NCBI RefSeq assembly: GCF_009914755.1
Contig: NC_060942.1
DNA length: 64,000 nt
Direction: 5' to 3' (one strand)
Source of the DNA: the human T2T-CHM13v2.0 reference genome, Homo sapiens
Below, piece after piece: positions 46,225 to 60,830 of this stretch (position 1 is the first letter of the stretch; each line of letters starts with the position of its first letter). A program made the translations under genes and the position numbers. The notes below the pieces were generated by a model. That model was not told where the DNA came from, did no database searches, and was given only the letters and a program-made list of their open reading frames with translations.

Positions 46225-46530
46225 ATTATAGGGAGTGGGGATGTGGGCTTTAGACCAGCCTGCCAGCTTTTATAATCCTGGATCTGCCAGAGAGTTGGCC
46301 AGGCCACTTCAGGCAAAGTTCTTAGCCTTTCTTTACCTCAGTTTCCTCGTCTGTTAGTAGGATTAAGGGCAGATGTGAATATTGAATGAATTACTATGTA
46401 AATAATGTTCTACCCATGCAACAAACCTTCACATGTACCTCCAAACCTAAATAAAAGTTTTTGCTTTGTTTTGTTTTTAAAAAAAGAATGTTAAGCATAG
46501 TGACTGACATCTAGGAAGTTCTTAATAATT
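46225..46530 (+). mobile_element. MIR SINE interrupted by a very short L1 3'-end insertion (about 46411-46485)
   Basis: MIR core cctcagtttcctcgtctgt; insert cccatgcaacaaaccttcacatgtacctccaaacctaaataaaagtt flanked by aataatgtt/aagaatgtt. Confidence 0.7.
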
Positions 46531-47959
46531 AAAACTATAATAATTCTCATATTTCACCCTTTGTATTATAAATTAGAGGGAGATACATATATAATAGTAA
46601 CCCTAAAAATGACTTAAGACAGTTAAATAATTCACAATAGTTGAAGAACACACCTTTTCCCTACACTGAATAAACATATGGCTTAGGATCCACTAGATAA
46701 TTCACACTGAAAAAAGTTAAATTATAACTTGTGCCAGAAATTTACTTTTTGTGTTATTTAGTCCTACAGAAACCAAAAGGTAAATCAGGTATTCAAGTAC
46801 TTGGAAGCAGAGGATAAACATAGCCGTTACAGTGCAGGGAAAGAATCACTTACAGAAATTCAAGGTACAAAAGGCAATGTCCTCAACAGCTACAGGGAAG
46901 GATGAAAATGTACTGTGTCCATACTTTCCTTGGTGTTTTTTTTTCATATGTTATATATCTTTAGCACCTTGTCTTTTAAAAAATGCAAACATAGTTCTTA
47001 AGGGCAGTGAAAAGCTTTATTATTTGGTAAATTGAGTTTTTACATTCATATTAACCAAAGTGCAGAATGATGGCAGTTATAGGGGGTGAAAGATTGTTGA
47101 AATGACGGATTGAGTAGCGCGTTTGTCAGGTTATGAAGTTCAGGGAAATGTGTAATTACGTGTGAGTTTCCTGAGGTTCCTCTGTTCAACATTATGTTCT
47201 GACATACAGCAGGGACAGTTCCAGATGTGAAATGCAAATCGGGAGGTGCTGCCCTGCTGCTGATGCTGTGCTTGATCATGCAAATCTAATGCAGTTCTGG
47301 GTATTTCAACAAAGCTTTTAGTTGAAGTCCCGTGCATGTATTGATTTAAAATTCCTACTTGAGAGAGCAGTGTCATTTTTTTCAGCTCCAATTTTTAAAA
47401 TACGGAACAGGACTTGGAGACAGATTTAGAGACTGGACATCCAGCCACACTCGTTAATCACAGAGTGTGAGTGGGGACAGGGCAGGGAGGAGGGAGAGAA
47501 GGGCACCCTTAAATAATATGGGGGTTTCTAAGCATATTAAATGGTATATTGGAACCAGATTTACAAATGTTCTATAGAAAGTTTCTTTGCTTAGAATAGA
47601 TCAAATCAACCCATTATACATGTTTACTGAATGCCTGCTCTGTTCAAAGAAGATGGCTAAAACTGGCAAGGACAGATCAAATACAAAATAACACTACAAC
47701 CAGTTCCCAACTTTGGGACTGATATAAAATACCTTTGGAAATGAGGCTGTTTACAGGAAGAAATGAAATTGTCTTGCTCACATGTACAAGCTGACACATT
47801 CTAATAGCCTTTCTGCTGTGCACAATAAGTGTTCAGCTTATCTTTCCAAGAACAATAAAATTTCATGTACTCCTGCCTGACATAAGAATTATTTTTACAT
47901 ATCTCCATATCACTGACTCTCTTGTAAGTTAATCTCATCTCACATGAATTTTTCACCAG

Positions 47960-48254
47960 CTTCACTCTGATGTTGATAAAGGAGATGGTTCCATCAAATA
48001 CATCTTGTCAGGCGAAGGGGCAAGTTCCATTTTCATTATTGATGAGAACACTGGGGATATTCATGCCACCAAGAGACTGGATCGTGAGGAGCAGGCCTAC
48101 TACACGCTCCGAGCTCAAGCGCTGGATAGGCTCACCAACAAACCCGTGGAGCCCGAGTCGGAGTTTGTCATCAAAATTCAGGATATCAACGACAATGAAC
48201 CCAAATTTTTGGATGGCCCATACACGGCAGGAGTTCCCGAAATGTCTCCCGTGG
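47960..48254 (+). CDS. CDH7: Cadherin-7 coding exon: most of EC1 and start of EC2
   Basis: ttcaccag|CTT acceptor; [20 protein letters not shown]...LDREE...QAL...DINDNEP...VPEMSPV calcium-binding motifs; G|gtaagt donor; 295 nt, in frame with the previous exon. Confidence 0.97.
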
Positions 48255-48808
48255 GTAAGTAAAGAACACTCTGCTTTTGTAGCTTGTGGCCGATTTGGGG
48301 AGATTTGTATTTAAAATTAAATCATCATTAAGTACTGAAAAAAAAAAAACCTTACTAGTATGTGTGTATTGATTGTCAGTTAGGGTGAGGGGAACATTTG
48401 AGACATGTTGGCAGCCAGTATCCATTAACTTAACTTATTAATTTATTTGTATGGAATATTAGGAAATTGTTTTTATACAGCTATTTCAGTGTTTTCAGGA
48501 AATTACTTCAATCTTACATTTTTTCAACTTGATATTTATTTATATTTTTAAATGATTACAGTGATGCCTCAGAAGTTAACAAACAGAATTCTTCCAGACA
48601 CAGGCCAGTGATGATCTTTTACTTTTCTTTCCATGATATTAAGATATTGATTCATTGTTCTAAACATCTCTCTATGGCCAATGTATCAAGAAGGCCATCA
48701 ATGGCTATCCAGGCTAATATTTGGATTAATATTTGGATTGGCTGTTCTGTTTAATTGTAATGAGTATGCTTGAACCTACAAATGGCCATACACATGCCAC
48801 CACTAATT

Positions 48809-49010
48809 ATTTTAAAATTTTAAGATCAGGGATACATGTGCAGGATGTGCAGGTTAGATAGGTAAATGTGTGCCATGGTGGTTTGCTGCATAGATTATCC
48901 CATCACCTAAGTATTAAGCCCAGCATCACTAAGCTACTCTTCCTGATGCTCTTCCTCCTACCCCCAACCCTCCAACAGGCCCCAGTGTGTGTTGTTCCCT
49001 GACATGTGTC
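48809..49010 (-). mobile_element. Short older L1PA 3' UTR insertion
   Basis: atacatgtgcaggatgtgcagg...gtattaagcccagcat...aggccccagtgtgtgttgttccc; TSD catgccacc(a/g)ctaatt at 48793-48808 and 49011-49026. Confidence 0.88.
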
Positions 49011-50181
49011 CATGCCACCGCTAATTTTAAAAAATTTCTCCAAAAACTTAAATGCATGGAAATTTGTAGTGAATTTATAGCAACGGTAAGGAGATACCCA
49101 TTTGGAGATATATATTTAAAACATGAAGGCTTTTTTATTCAAGGCCTTTTGTCATCGCGCCATTACTAGAAAGATACCCAGTAAAGCATTTCTAGTGTTT
49201 ATATCGAATAATCAAAATTCTCTTTTAAATTTCATTTATTCAAGTACTTTTGGAATAGTTTACAGCAAGTATGTAATTTAAGCATAGGAAATCTTATAAA
49301 AAATACAAAGTTATTAGACTGGATGAGAGATGGGTTGATTATTATATATTTATTTCCTGCTGTTTTTAATATTGAGAGTTTATTTAAAATAATAATGGAA
49401 CTTGTATTTTAACACATGGGTATTTTAACCCATGTGATTTATTAAAAAAAAAAAAAGGTCATTTCATTCATCCAATCATGCAATCAACATACCTACGACA
49501 CTGAGGAGTGGGGTTGCAAAGATGTGTATCATGTGTGCTCTTAAGGGGATCACAGTTTAGTGAACCTAAATTTCTGTTCCTATTAGAAGAGAGAGGGGAA
49601 ATTATTTGGGTTACCACCATGGCTCTAGCTGCTAGAGAAATACCAAATGACAAGGAGACAGAAGAATCAATGCTTGTGGCCAGGAAGAATTTGAACCACA
49701 GTGGCATGATCTTACTATAATTAGCACATATGTAAGCATTGCTAGCATTTCTGTGACCAAACAGGTGTATTCACACTTCCTCACTACCGTCCACACCTTC
49801 CAAGTGCTTCCTGCTGCTCTTGCTTACCAACAAGAGCAGCAGCAACAGTAACTGTTACAAGATTTTAGAAAAAAGAAAGGGCACATTTTCCTCCCCAGAT
49901 TAGTAACGTTTAGTAAAACAGGAATTTTCGAGATATGTTTGAGCAATTCAATTCAACTTCGTACTCCCAGATCTCATGGACATTTTGGTTGTTCTTCATT
50001 GGCTTGCTAAGGTTTTCCTTTCCTGCATAGAATATAGATATGTGAACTTTTTGTTTTAGAAGCTAATAGTGCACTGTTGTTTTGATTTTGATGGTACTCT
50101 GACATGAAACAGCATGAATATTATGCACACTTGAATAATGTATAAGTTAAATAAATTATATTATTTAAGTGTGCACAATAG

Positions 50182-50561
<380 letters not shown>

Positions 50562-51216
50562 TGATTCAAATGGGTTTGGAATTTTCTTAGAGAATTATTT
50601 TCTGATGTCTTCAGGGTGTACTTGACACCAATTCAGACCACTAACTTAATATAAAAATTGGAACATAGAACATGGAATACCTAAACTACATAACATACGT
50701 TGTATGGGCTTACAGTTTATCAAACACTATAGTTAATCAAAGTGCTTAAGTCTAACCAAGTAAAATAGCCATCAAATAGTATGATATAGACCATGCAAGC
50801 TTTCAGTGTTTAATATTCAAGGATCATTTTTTATTGGATGTTAGCTAATCATAAAATTTTAAACACACTAGTAAGCCTTTAGGATACTTTATTTATTGCC
50901 AGAAGAACATAGACAGGCGTGGAAAGCTTAAATTTATTTGTGAATATGTGTGTGTATCTGGTGTGTGTGTCTATATGTGTTAAATGAGATAATGAACTTT
51001 TCAGAAAAAAATGTGTTATTGTACACAGCCAAACTTACTGAAGTTTAGTTTTTATTATTTGGTTTAAAATTGTTTGCTTTCTTTTAAAATGAAGTTGGAA
51101 AATAATGCTTAGGCATATTACCAAAATAAATATTGTAAAGATGATACATATAGAGGAAAGAGAGAACATCAATGTAATTTATTACAACTTTTTGAATATT
51201 CAAAATTTAATTCTTA

Positions 51217-51615
<399 letters not shown>

Positions 51616-52740
51616 ACTTCAGGATTTAAAGAATAGTGCTGTACACTTAACTTTCATAATTTCCACGTAATTTTAAAGAAAATGGAATTGGCAATGAAAT
51701 ATATATAGAAAATAAAGTGGATTTATAGCAAAATGGGCATTAATGACTTGCTTAAGTCATTTTGAAAGAGATATTTACATAGAAATCAATCTAAAAATAT
51801 GTTAGCTTTAAAATGTTGTATTCAGGAAATTATTTGTAACAAACTAGGACCTTAAATAACACATAAAGAAAGGGGCTTGTTCCATATTTAAAAGATAGCA
51901 TATTTACTAAATAATAGTATATAACTAAATATATAAACTAAGTAAACATGAGTCTCTCTAATATTTTAAAGATTACATTCCAAATGGAAAAAAAGAAAAA
52001 CAGATCAGAAGAAATGCTTTCCATATTGAATGTGTGAATATATAGTAAATGAAGAAAGAATATAACATTTCATCATATAACAAAGAAAAAACTATTGATG
52101 CAATTTTTAAAGTTTCCATGGCTTTCCTCTTTTACGAGGGGTTTGGTTTAAATTTTCATTTCCTGTTTTGTTTTTAGATCAATTGGCAGAGAAAATTAAA
52201 AACAAAATCCCAAGGAGATAGGGTAGCCACCTAATATACAGTTAGGTGCATCAAATATTCTTTGTCAATTAATGACATTTTGATTTCTATCTGGATCTTC
52301 TTAACTATGACAGTTGTATACCTGCAATTACTTGAGTGTCCAAGATGCTGTTGTCTTGCTGCTTTCTAGACAGTGATTGAGTCTTATAGAAGCTGCTCTT
52401 GATGAAAATATATTACCTGAGCCCAATGGATGAGACACCTAAAGTTTCAGTCCCATCCAATTCAGAGTATATCCCAGCCTAATGTGCATCATCGATGGTA
52501 TTTTTTTTTTGCCAGAATATTTTCTTATCCCTTAAACATTTCAAGAGTTTTATTAATATTTATGATCTCTTTGGGGCTGGTTTACTTAAAAAAATACTGT
52601 ATCCATTTTTTTATGTGTCTTGAAAAAGATAAATGAAAATTTTCAAATAAGCTTAATGTGGAATCAGTAACATTTTGTACGTTTTTTGTTTTGTGGTATT
52701 TGGAAGTTTTTAATTCAGTGGTTTTGGGATTGGCATCTAG

Positions 52741-52860
52741 GGACCTCAGTGGTACAAGTGACAGCGACGGATGCTGATGATCCTACATATGGCAACAGTG
52801 CCAGAGTGGTCTACAGTATTCTGCAAGGACAGCCGTACTTCTCAGTGGAGCCAAAGACAG
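52741..52860 (+). CDS. CDH7: Cadherin-7 coding exon: EC2 first part
   Basis: catctag|GG acceptor; [40 protein letters not shown]; CAG|gtaaaa donor; 120 nt, phase 1-1. Confidence 0.96.
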
Positions 52861-55800
52861 GTAAAAATTGAAATGTGACATTCTTGTAAAGTCATCATTT
52901 GTTTGCTGCTTAGAATTAATATTATTTCTAAATATAGTTGACACTAATAACATACCATTTTATTATGCTTCTCTCAATATGTCTACTTTGGTAAGCATGA
53001 TATTATTGAGGATTTATCACCTTTTAAAAATATTTTATTTTATTCATCAGTATCTTAACAAAGTTAAAAATAATGCTATATATTCAAAAGTATTTCAGCT
53101 TCTATCTCCTGAATGCTTAAGAAAATTTCGATTCTTTACCTCAGAGCTTTACCTGTGTTTTGTTTTGTGTTTTCATTCACATGGGAAATTATACATGGTA
53201 ATATTTATATCTCAAGTAGAAACCTCTCTGCCATGTAATATAATAGGTAGTACTTTCAGTTTATTCTTCCAGATGTTATTTTTCTCAGGGAAATTAGTTG
53301 AAACATAACAATTAGGGTGATGATCTGCCAAATCAAAAACTAAACTAAATATATATATTTTTTTAATTTGGGGGAACAATTTTTACTGAGTTGAAAAGTG
53401 GTATGGATAGAATATGTAGTTGATTTGTTCTGTTTTGCTTTTATGTAAGCTGAAACTGTTTACATTAAGACTATAACATGGGACATTGTTATCTTGGTTA
53501 TTAATTGATATTTTAATGTATTCAGTTTTTCTGGTCCTGTGTGTGTAGGGAAGGGCAGGTGGGTGCGAATATTAGCGGGTGTGTGTCACTGATTTTTTAA
53601 ATCACTGTGAAAATCCACGTTTTCTCTTTTTAAAAATAATTTTGCCTTTATCATGGAGTTAGAATTATTCAAATATATACATTTATGATTATGAATAGTC
53701 ATCAGTACCTGTAATCCTAAATGAATATTTTAATGCCATTGATCCTGTTTTCCATGTTTACCAAAAGGGCAATATTAATTTATTCTCAAATCACTGTGGG
53801 GATAAATGTTTTGAACACCTTTTGAGAATGACCGTTGTAATGTGCATGAACAGAGAAGTAAATTCAACCTTAGCTCATTCATTACAGCTTTCATAGAGAT
53901 GGAATGCATATTTTACACCAGTGTAGTGATAGGGCTTGGAAACCACATGGAAATCTACAAAGGAAGAAGCAGTCATGATTAAGCAAGTATTAAAGGAGAA
54001 GTAAATGAAAGTATTTGATTTATGATATGAATCCTGTGAATGTGGAAAGCGTGCTTCTGTTTGACTGAATGATAGATCTGAGAAACCTAAATTCAAACAC
54101 CCACCTCTTCCCTTCTATGCCTGCTCTTGGCAACCTAAAAAGACATTGACAAGTTTCTGACAATATGCTCACAATCATACACTCCTGCCTTATATAACTT
54201 GTCCAAAAATAGCATGTATTAAGTCCAAGGATAAAATATTTTGCTGCTACTAATGATTGGCTTATGATTTTGGCTTTGCTGCAAAATAACAGGATTTCCC
54301 TATAACCCTATGGAGACAAAGCCATACCGGTTGATCAACTAGACAATGGTATATGTCTTAGGATTAGATTATTAATACTTCAAACCTGATTTTAATTTCA
54401 GAGTTGAAAGGATTGTGTGTTACAAGAGAAGAGGAAAGTTTAGTTTAGTTTTTTTTTTAATGCTGTAATTATGGTAATCGCTGGAACTTCTTTTTACATG
54501 GTCATGAATGCAGAGACATTCTGAGCATCTTTGTCCTCTCTGCTAATTTATAATATGTAGAGTACATTTCTTGTGAGAAAAAATAAATTGCATGTTTTTC
54601 TGACTGAAATGGAAAGTTTTCAGACCTAAAGGGCATGGGGAATTATAAATCAAGGTTCAGTTAGTCTTGTTAGTCTTCCTTTCCTGATGTCTGTCTGATT
54701 CATTTATATGTGAGAAATAACATTATTTCTCCTTTAAATCTAAGGGTTTTTTGGGAAGAAAGTAAAATTTTGACAGGAAAAATATTGAAATTATGCTAAA
54801 TAAAAATTGCATAACCATAGGCACAGGCCATCACTGTTAGGTGCATTTTTATAAATTTCTTCTCAATTTCTAAGAAAATAACATGACTAAAATCTCAGAG
54901 CACAAATTTCATCTATAGCACTGTTTACAGGCTGAATGACCAGAGGGTAACTATATTTTCTGCGTCAATTTCTCCTTCCCCCAACCTAGAATGTGAGTAG
55001 TTGCAAAACCCAGTGTTGACAGTTGACTTTAACAAGCAAGGTAGCATGACACTGGAAACAAGGTAAAGCAACATTCCCTTGAAACTTCTCACCACCTAAT
55101 TTCATAATGTCCCAAATTTACTAGGAGATTATGGACATTACATTTATTCCATTAAACATACTTAGGAGTATTCTAAGGTGTATCTGTTTATTTTGTAACC
55201 TGCAAGCAAACAGATACCTTTTTTGGATCTGTGTGATATATGGGAGGACTGGCTACCTAATTCGTAGCTTAAACTGAACATGTAGGTCCTTTGTTCTTAA
55301 ATGATTAAGTTTAAATACATCATCAGCAAATCTTTAAACTGAGTACAGGGTCGGAATGACGGCATAGGTCATCTAGCCATGAAGCAAGCTCTGGAAAATG
55401 GATTGAGTGTTAAACATCATTTGTCATTTAGGAGTTCTTTTTTAGACATAAGAAGTATAACTACGTGGTGGCTGCATTATATGTTGTATGCATACCTATT
55501 ACATCATAATTTTATATAAGAGGTATTGTCATAACAAGTGACCCCTTCCAACTACACCCTTCCTACACGCCCGGTTCTCATTCTATGCAAGAGTGCTGTC
55601 TCTTTTGAAAGCTTGCTGAGAACATCCCCTACAGGTTGCAAAAAGAATCCCCTCCTCAATGACTCTTCATTTGCTGCCAGCACTGGAATTCTTTGATGTT
55701 CCAGAAGCTTCCAACTTTACTACTTCACTGTTGTTGGTTCTTCTCTGTCTTTTTATAGCTCTCTCATACCTACACTAGAGATAGATAAGCCAAATAATAC

Positions 55801-57205
55801 AGAGCTTAGGCACAAAATTTAGAAAGAAATAGAAACTCATTAGCAGATTTTTATCTTAAGTGTAAAACAAAATGAGCATCCAAAAACTTTTGTGATTTTG
55901 TTTTATAAATAGGTTCCCCCTCCCAAGAGTTTTCTCAGCTAATCAGTAACATAGTTTCTGTATAGCCAGGGCTGTGTATTTCTTTCATATTTGATTTACT
56001 GATAAATGTTTGTAATAAAAGTGCCATACTTGATTTTATTGCCTATTATATGAAATTCATTTATAATTTACATTGCAGTATTTAAACTATTATCATCAAA
56101 GGATATTTTTAAAAATAGAAAGCAAGCCTGAAACATTTGTGCTTATTTCAGTTTCTAAGTTCCTTTGAAATTTAACTTTCAAGCATCATGAGTATTTTTT
56201 TAAATTTGAAACTTCTTTGTTCAGGATCTATTTCCTCATGCATCAGTGTCTACATTTGCAGGAAAGAGTGTTGCTTGACCCAATCTGTATTCATCTCTAA
56301 AATTCTACAAATATGTAACTCAAGACTTCACAATGTCTTGTGTTACAAATTGTACTCATAATAGAGTATTTTTAAAATATAAAGCGGTATATTTATTTTC
56401 ACAATGCAATTCAAGTCTCAAAGATACACACACCTAAGAATGTCTATACATCCCATTCTCCATTTCATTTCTAATTTACTTTTAGTTAACTTTGTATGCT
56501 ATAAGGTTTTGAGTTTTTTCTTTTTTAATTTCAATGGTTATCAATATGTTACAGAATGAATTGGGTTTATTACAATTGGTGAATTGCTCCAACAGGAGCT
56601 CTTCAAGGGAAAGAAGATGGCAGTTAGGACTCAGAATAAGTTTACAAAAGTGATCATTGTTATCCAGTCAGAATGTGCATGGGGGAGTACTTCTCACCTA
56701 TAACATAACAGGTGATCATATTGCATTAAAATATTCAATCGTGTCTTTAATAGCAAAACATCATATTGGAATTTTCTTCCTGAATATGTACTATATTTCT
56801 AAACATCATGTAACATAACACTCATTGATATAATGTAAAACAGAATAAGCTAATATTGGTCACAAGTATCACTGAGATATTTTAAGTACTAAGAATACAT
56901 ATTGACAGAAACTGATTACATAAATACCTATTCAGTTCATTACCAGTTATATCTATTATTCTCATTCACTAGGGAATAATCACACAGAAATAATTATCTT
57001 TAAAGGAGTTACCAAGAGAGCTAACATGATATCCAATTAGTTCTTTAAAACAAAAGCAAAGCCAACAGCCAGACTACATGTATTTTAAATGATTTTTTTG
57101 CTGGTGCATCATTCTCCTGTCCATGTTTCAACAGTGCTCTCTTCATTGGCTGCTCCATTTTGGTGATGGCCATACCAAATGGCTTTAGTTCATTCATGGT
57201 CCTTA

Positions 57206-57747
57206 TGAGGTAGGAGAGTCCAGCAGGACTGATTTTCCGGTCACAACCTTGTTGACCAAAATAGGATCTGGTCCAGACAGGATAAAGTGAAAAAACTGGT
57301 AGGAACCAGCAGATGTCGACATAAGAGATCGCTAGCTGCCCTCATTGCTCATTGGCATAAGACACTCCCACCAGTGCCATGACAGTTTATAAATACTATG
57401 GCAACAACTTGGAAGTTACCACCTGTCTCCGTTGCAATGACCTGGAAGTTACTGCCCTCTTTCCTAGAAATTTCAAAATAATCTACCCCTCAATCTGCAT
57501 TGACCCACTCCTCGATTTGCATGTAATTGAAATTGGGTTTACGTAAGTATAAATAAATTTGCCAAGAGACCACAGATTGCAGAGTTCGGGCACGCTGCCT
57601 GTGAGTTGGCACTGCTCCACAAAGAGCGGTACCATTTAATAAAAGTTGCTGTCCAAAACCACTGGATTACCCTTGAATTCTTTCTTGGGCAAAGCCAAGA
57701 ACCTCCTGGACTAAGTCCCAATTTGTGGGCTTGCCTGTTTAGTATCA
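57206..57747 (+). mobile_element. MER41-family solo LTR (ERV1)
   Basis: TG...CA ends with 4-bp TSD CTTA (57202-57205, 57748-57751); gcataagacactcccaccagtgccatgacagttta, ggaagttacc and gaattctttcttgggcaaagccaagaacc are MER41-like blocks. Confidence 0.88.
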
Positions 57748-58304
57748 CTTACCTCTTGATATATATTATTAAGTCCATAGAAGCTGTAAGGAAACCAGTA
57801 TCTTTAATGTCTCATTGTATGGTTTTAGAATTCTTAGAATAGCTACAGACAAAAAAGGCTGTAATGGAGAGAGTGAGGATCGTGAAGGGCTTTGGGAGTT
57901 GGAAGTGCAGATGACCCAGATCCTGGTTACTGTGAGAAGGTACTTCCTCAGTTAACAGGATCCCTGAGAAAGCTGGTTTTGCAATATTGAGATTCCTCTT
58001 GTAATGGTAGTCCAGTCAAAGTGATATCCAAAAAAGTTTATTTAGTTTTAGTGAGAACAATCCTAAAGGGTTGAGCCCTCACAGCGTGAATCTCCCCAGC
58101 CCCTGGTTATTAATCCTTGGGTTCATGTGGTTGTCTAGGCTCCTGAGGGTAATTCGAAGCCTGAGTATGCAGAACCCGTGTTCCTTTGCTTCCCTAAAGT
58201 GCGAAAGATTTCAGAAATGGCTATCGTCTGTTACATGAGGTACATATACCAAATTTTTAAGAAGATTCAATAGTAGCAGAATATGCTTTAAAAAAATCAT
58301 CTGA

Positions 58305-58647
<343 letters not shown>

Positions 58648-60662
58648 TCATCAGATTTTTTTCCTATACTTAAAAACAGCTTTTGAACAATAGCAATATA
58701 AGTTTATATTTTACATGCACAATGCTTTTTGTGAACATGGATTATAAATAAATGAAAAGTTCTGAGTTATGGTATCAGATGATATAGCTATAGAAAAATT
58801 ATTCACAAAGCCTAAAATATGAGCCAGTGTCTTTTTCAAAGAGCCCATAGATAGATTTTTTTTTTGCTAAGCGTAAGTGACTTAAACAATTACTGATTAT
58901 TATTAAGCATGAAAGTCTCACGGAGTTATAGGTATCCAATTGGTCAAGACTAGACTTTACTAGTTCAGTCATATGATATTAACAATTTTCTCTGTGTGTG
59001 TGTATTTATATACACAATTATATAATACATGACAAAACACAAATGAAATCCAATGTATGAGAATGCTTTTCCAAATTTAGACAGTTTTTACTTAAAAGTG
59101 AGCAAATGCCATACAAGTAGAAATCTATTATTAGTGGGTGTTCTTCTTTCAAGTCAACTTTTCCCAATTATATTATTCTTGTCAAAAATACGTTCAATAG
59201 TTGAGGAATTTGGAGATTACCTTTCCTACCTGCATTGATTTGCAAACTTTGTGATGATTTCTGCCTTGGAAAGGTGTTATTTATAGGCTCACTTATAAAA
59301 AGACAATTAGAAGTGTGAAAAATAAGTGAGAAACTTTGACTACCAGACTTCTATCTTAACGATGCTATATTTCCTTTCAAAAATCCACAAAGCAAACCCA
59401 TGAGAGGATGAGGCTGCAGTGTTTCCTTTACTGATTAGTTGAGGGGTTATAGACTTCTCTCCATCACAATAAATGTGCACAGATGATAACACACATACTG
59501 ATATTAGAAGGAAAAATGAGAGATGAGTCAAATTTAAAAAAATATATAAAAAATAATTGGGACTTCTTTTCTACAAATAACTCATTTTGTTCACATTTTT
59601 TCATATAAATGAAATATGTGTTGGTCATGTTCAAAATAAGCAATGCTCAATTTTTAAAAATGGGGTTACAGAAATAAAGATAATTAACAGCAAAAAATAA
59701 CAAACAAACAAACAAACAAAAAAAAAGAGAAAAGAAAAAGGTGGAGATATGTCCCAGAACTCTCACACAAAGATTGTTTATGTTTGGTGGCAGTATTAGG
59801 GAAGTCAATATTTGCTTTGTTGTAAATTTAAGTTAATAGAAGTATTGAAAAGCAAACATGAAAAATCCATAAAATCATTATGGCTCTGAGAAGAGTATCT
59901 ATATATTAGATACTTACCACCTGGACCTAATTTGTATATATTTTTTTCATTTTTATTATAATATTTCAAAGATCAATTATAAAATATGTAGACACACATA
60001 AGGATTCATTGAAGGTGTTACTTAAAGTGAGCCTGGATTGCCGTGACAATAGCATCCAACTACACTTAGTGTATTAGAATAAATGAGTAATGTCAAAAAA
60101 TAAATAAGCAACGTGGACTTTTCAAGTAAGTGTAATTTGAATGCCTAAAATATAGATCTGTTGCTGATGTATGTGTGTGTTTGTGTTTGAGAGCTAGTGT
60201 GCTCAGATTTAAACAAAAATATTGTTGCTACAGATAGTAGGAATATTATTTAACTTGAAAACTGATAGTAAGTGGTTATGCATTTTTATAAGTTGTTGAG
60301 ATGGAAGAAAAAGACAAGTTCATTGCTGCGTACTTGTACAGGTGACTGTCCATTATTCTAGGTAAAAGGCCATTTTATTTATTTATAAATTGTTATTTCC
60401 TTAACCACTTTTCCATGAAACCTAAAGATAATCCTCTTTATTCAGTATTGAGAAAACCACGTTAATAATGTTTTCTCTGTTTTGTAACATTGTGTAAAAC
60501 TATCATATTTCTTTGGTCTTTAATACACAGTAAAATTATTTAAAGTAAACAAAACAACAAAAGGCAACAACTCAAGAGGGACTTACTACTTGTATCAGTA
60601 TTCTTTGTTAGTATAAATGCAGTGATTCATGATGAGTTTTACTGGGATTTGAAATTTTACAG

Positions 60663-60830
60663 GAGTCATCAAGACTGCCCTTCCAAACATGGATAGAGAG
60701 GCTAAAGACCAGTATTTGCTTGTTATTCAGGCAAAGGATATGGTTGGTCAAAATGGAGGACTGTCAGGAACTACATCAGTCACTGTGACCCTAACTGATG
60801 TCAACGATAATCCACCTCGCTTTCCTCGAA
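60663..60830 (+). CDS. CDH7: Cadherin-7 coding exon: EC2 second part (not in the supplied ORF track)
   Basis: ttttacag|GA acceptor; manual translation [56 protein letters not shown] with DRE and DxNDN motifs; A|gtaagt donor; 168 nt, phase 1-1. Confidence 0.96.

Noticed and set aside
48716-48739. Short tandem duplications (taatatttggat x2; also ttcttatcc-like repeats near 62704-62740)
   Set aside because: Ordinary slippage duplications with no spacer structure
52868-53308. 146-aa hydrophobic ORF just after the EC2 exon
   Set aside because: Starts at a non-ATG codon in AT-rich intron, has composition expected from AT bias, and shows no recognisable domain
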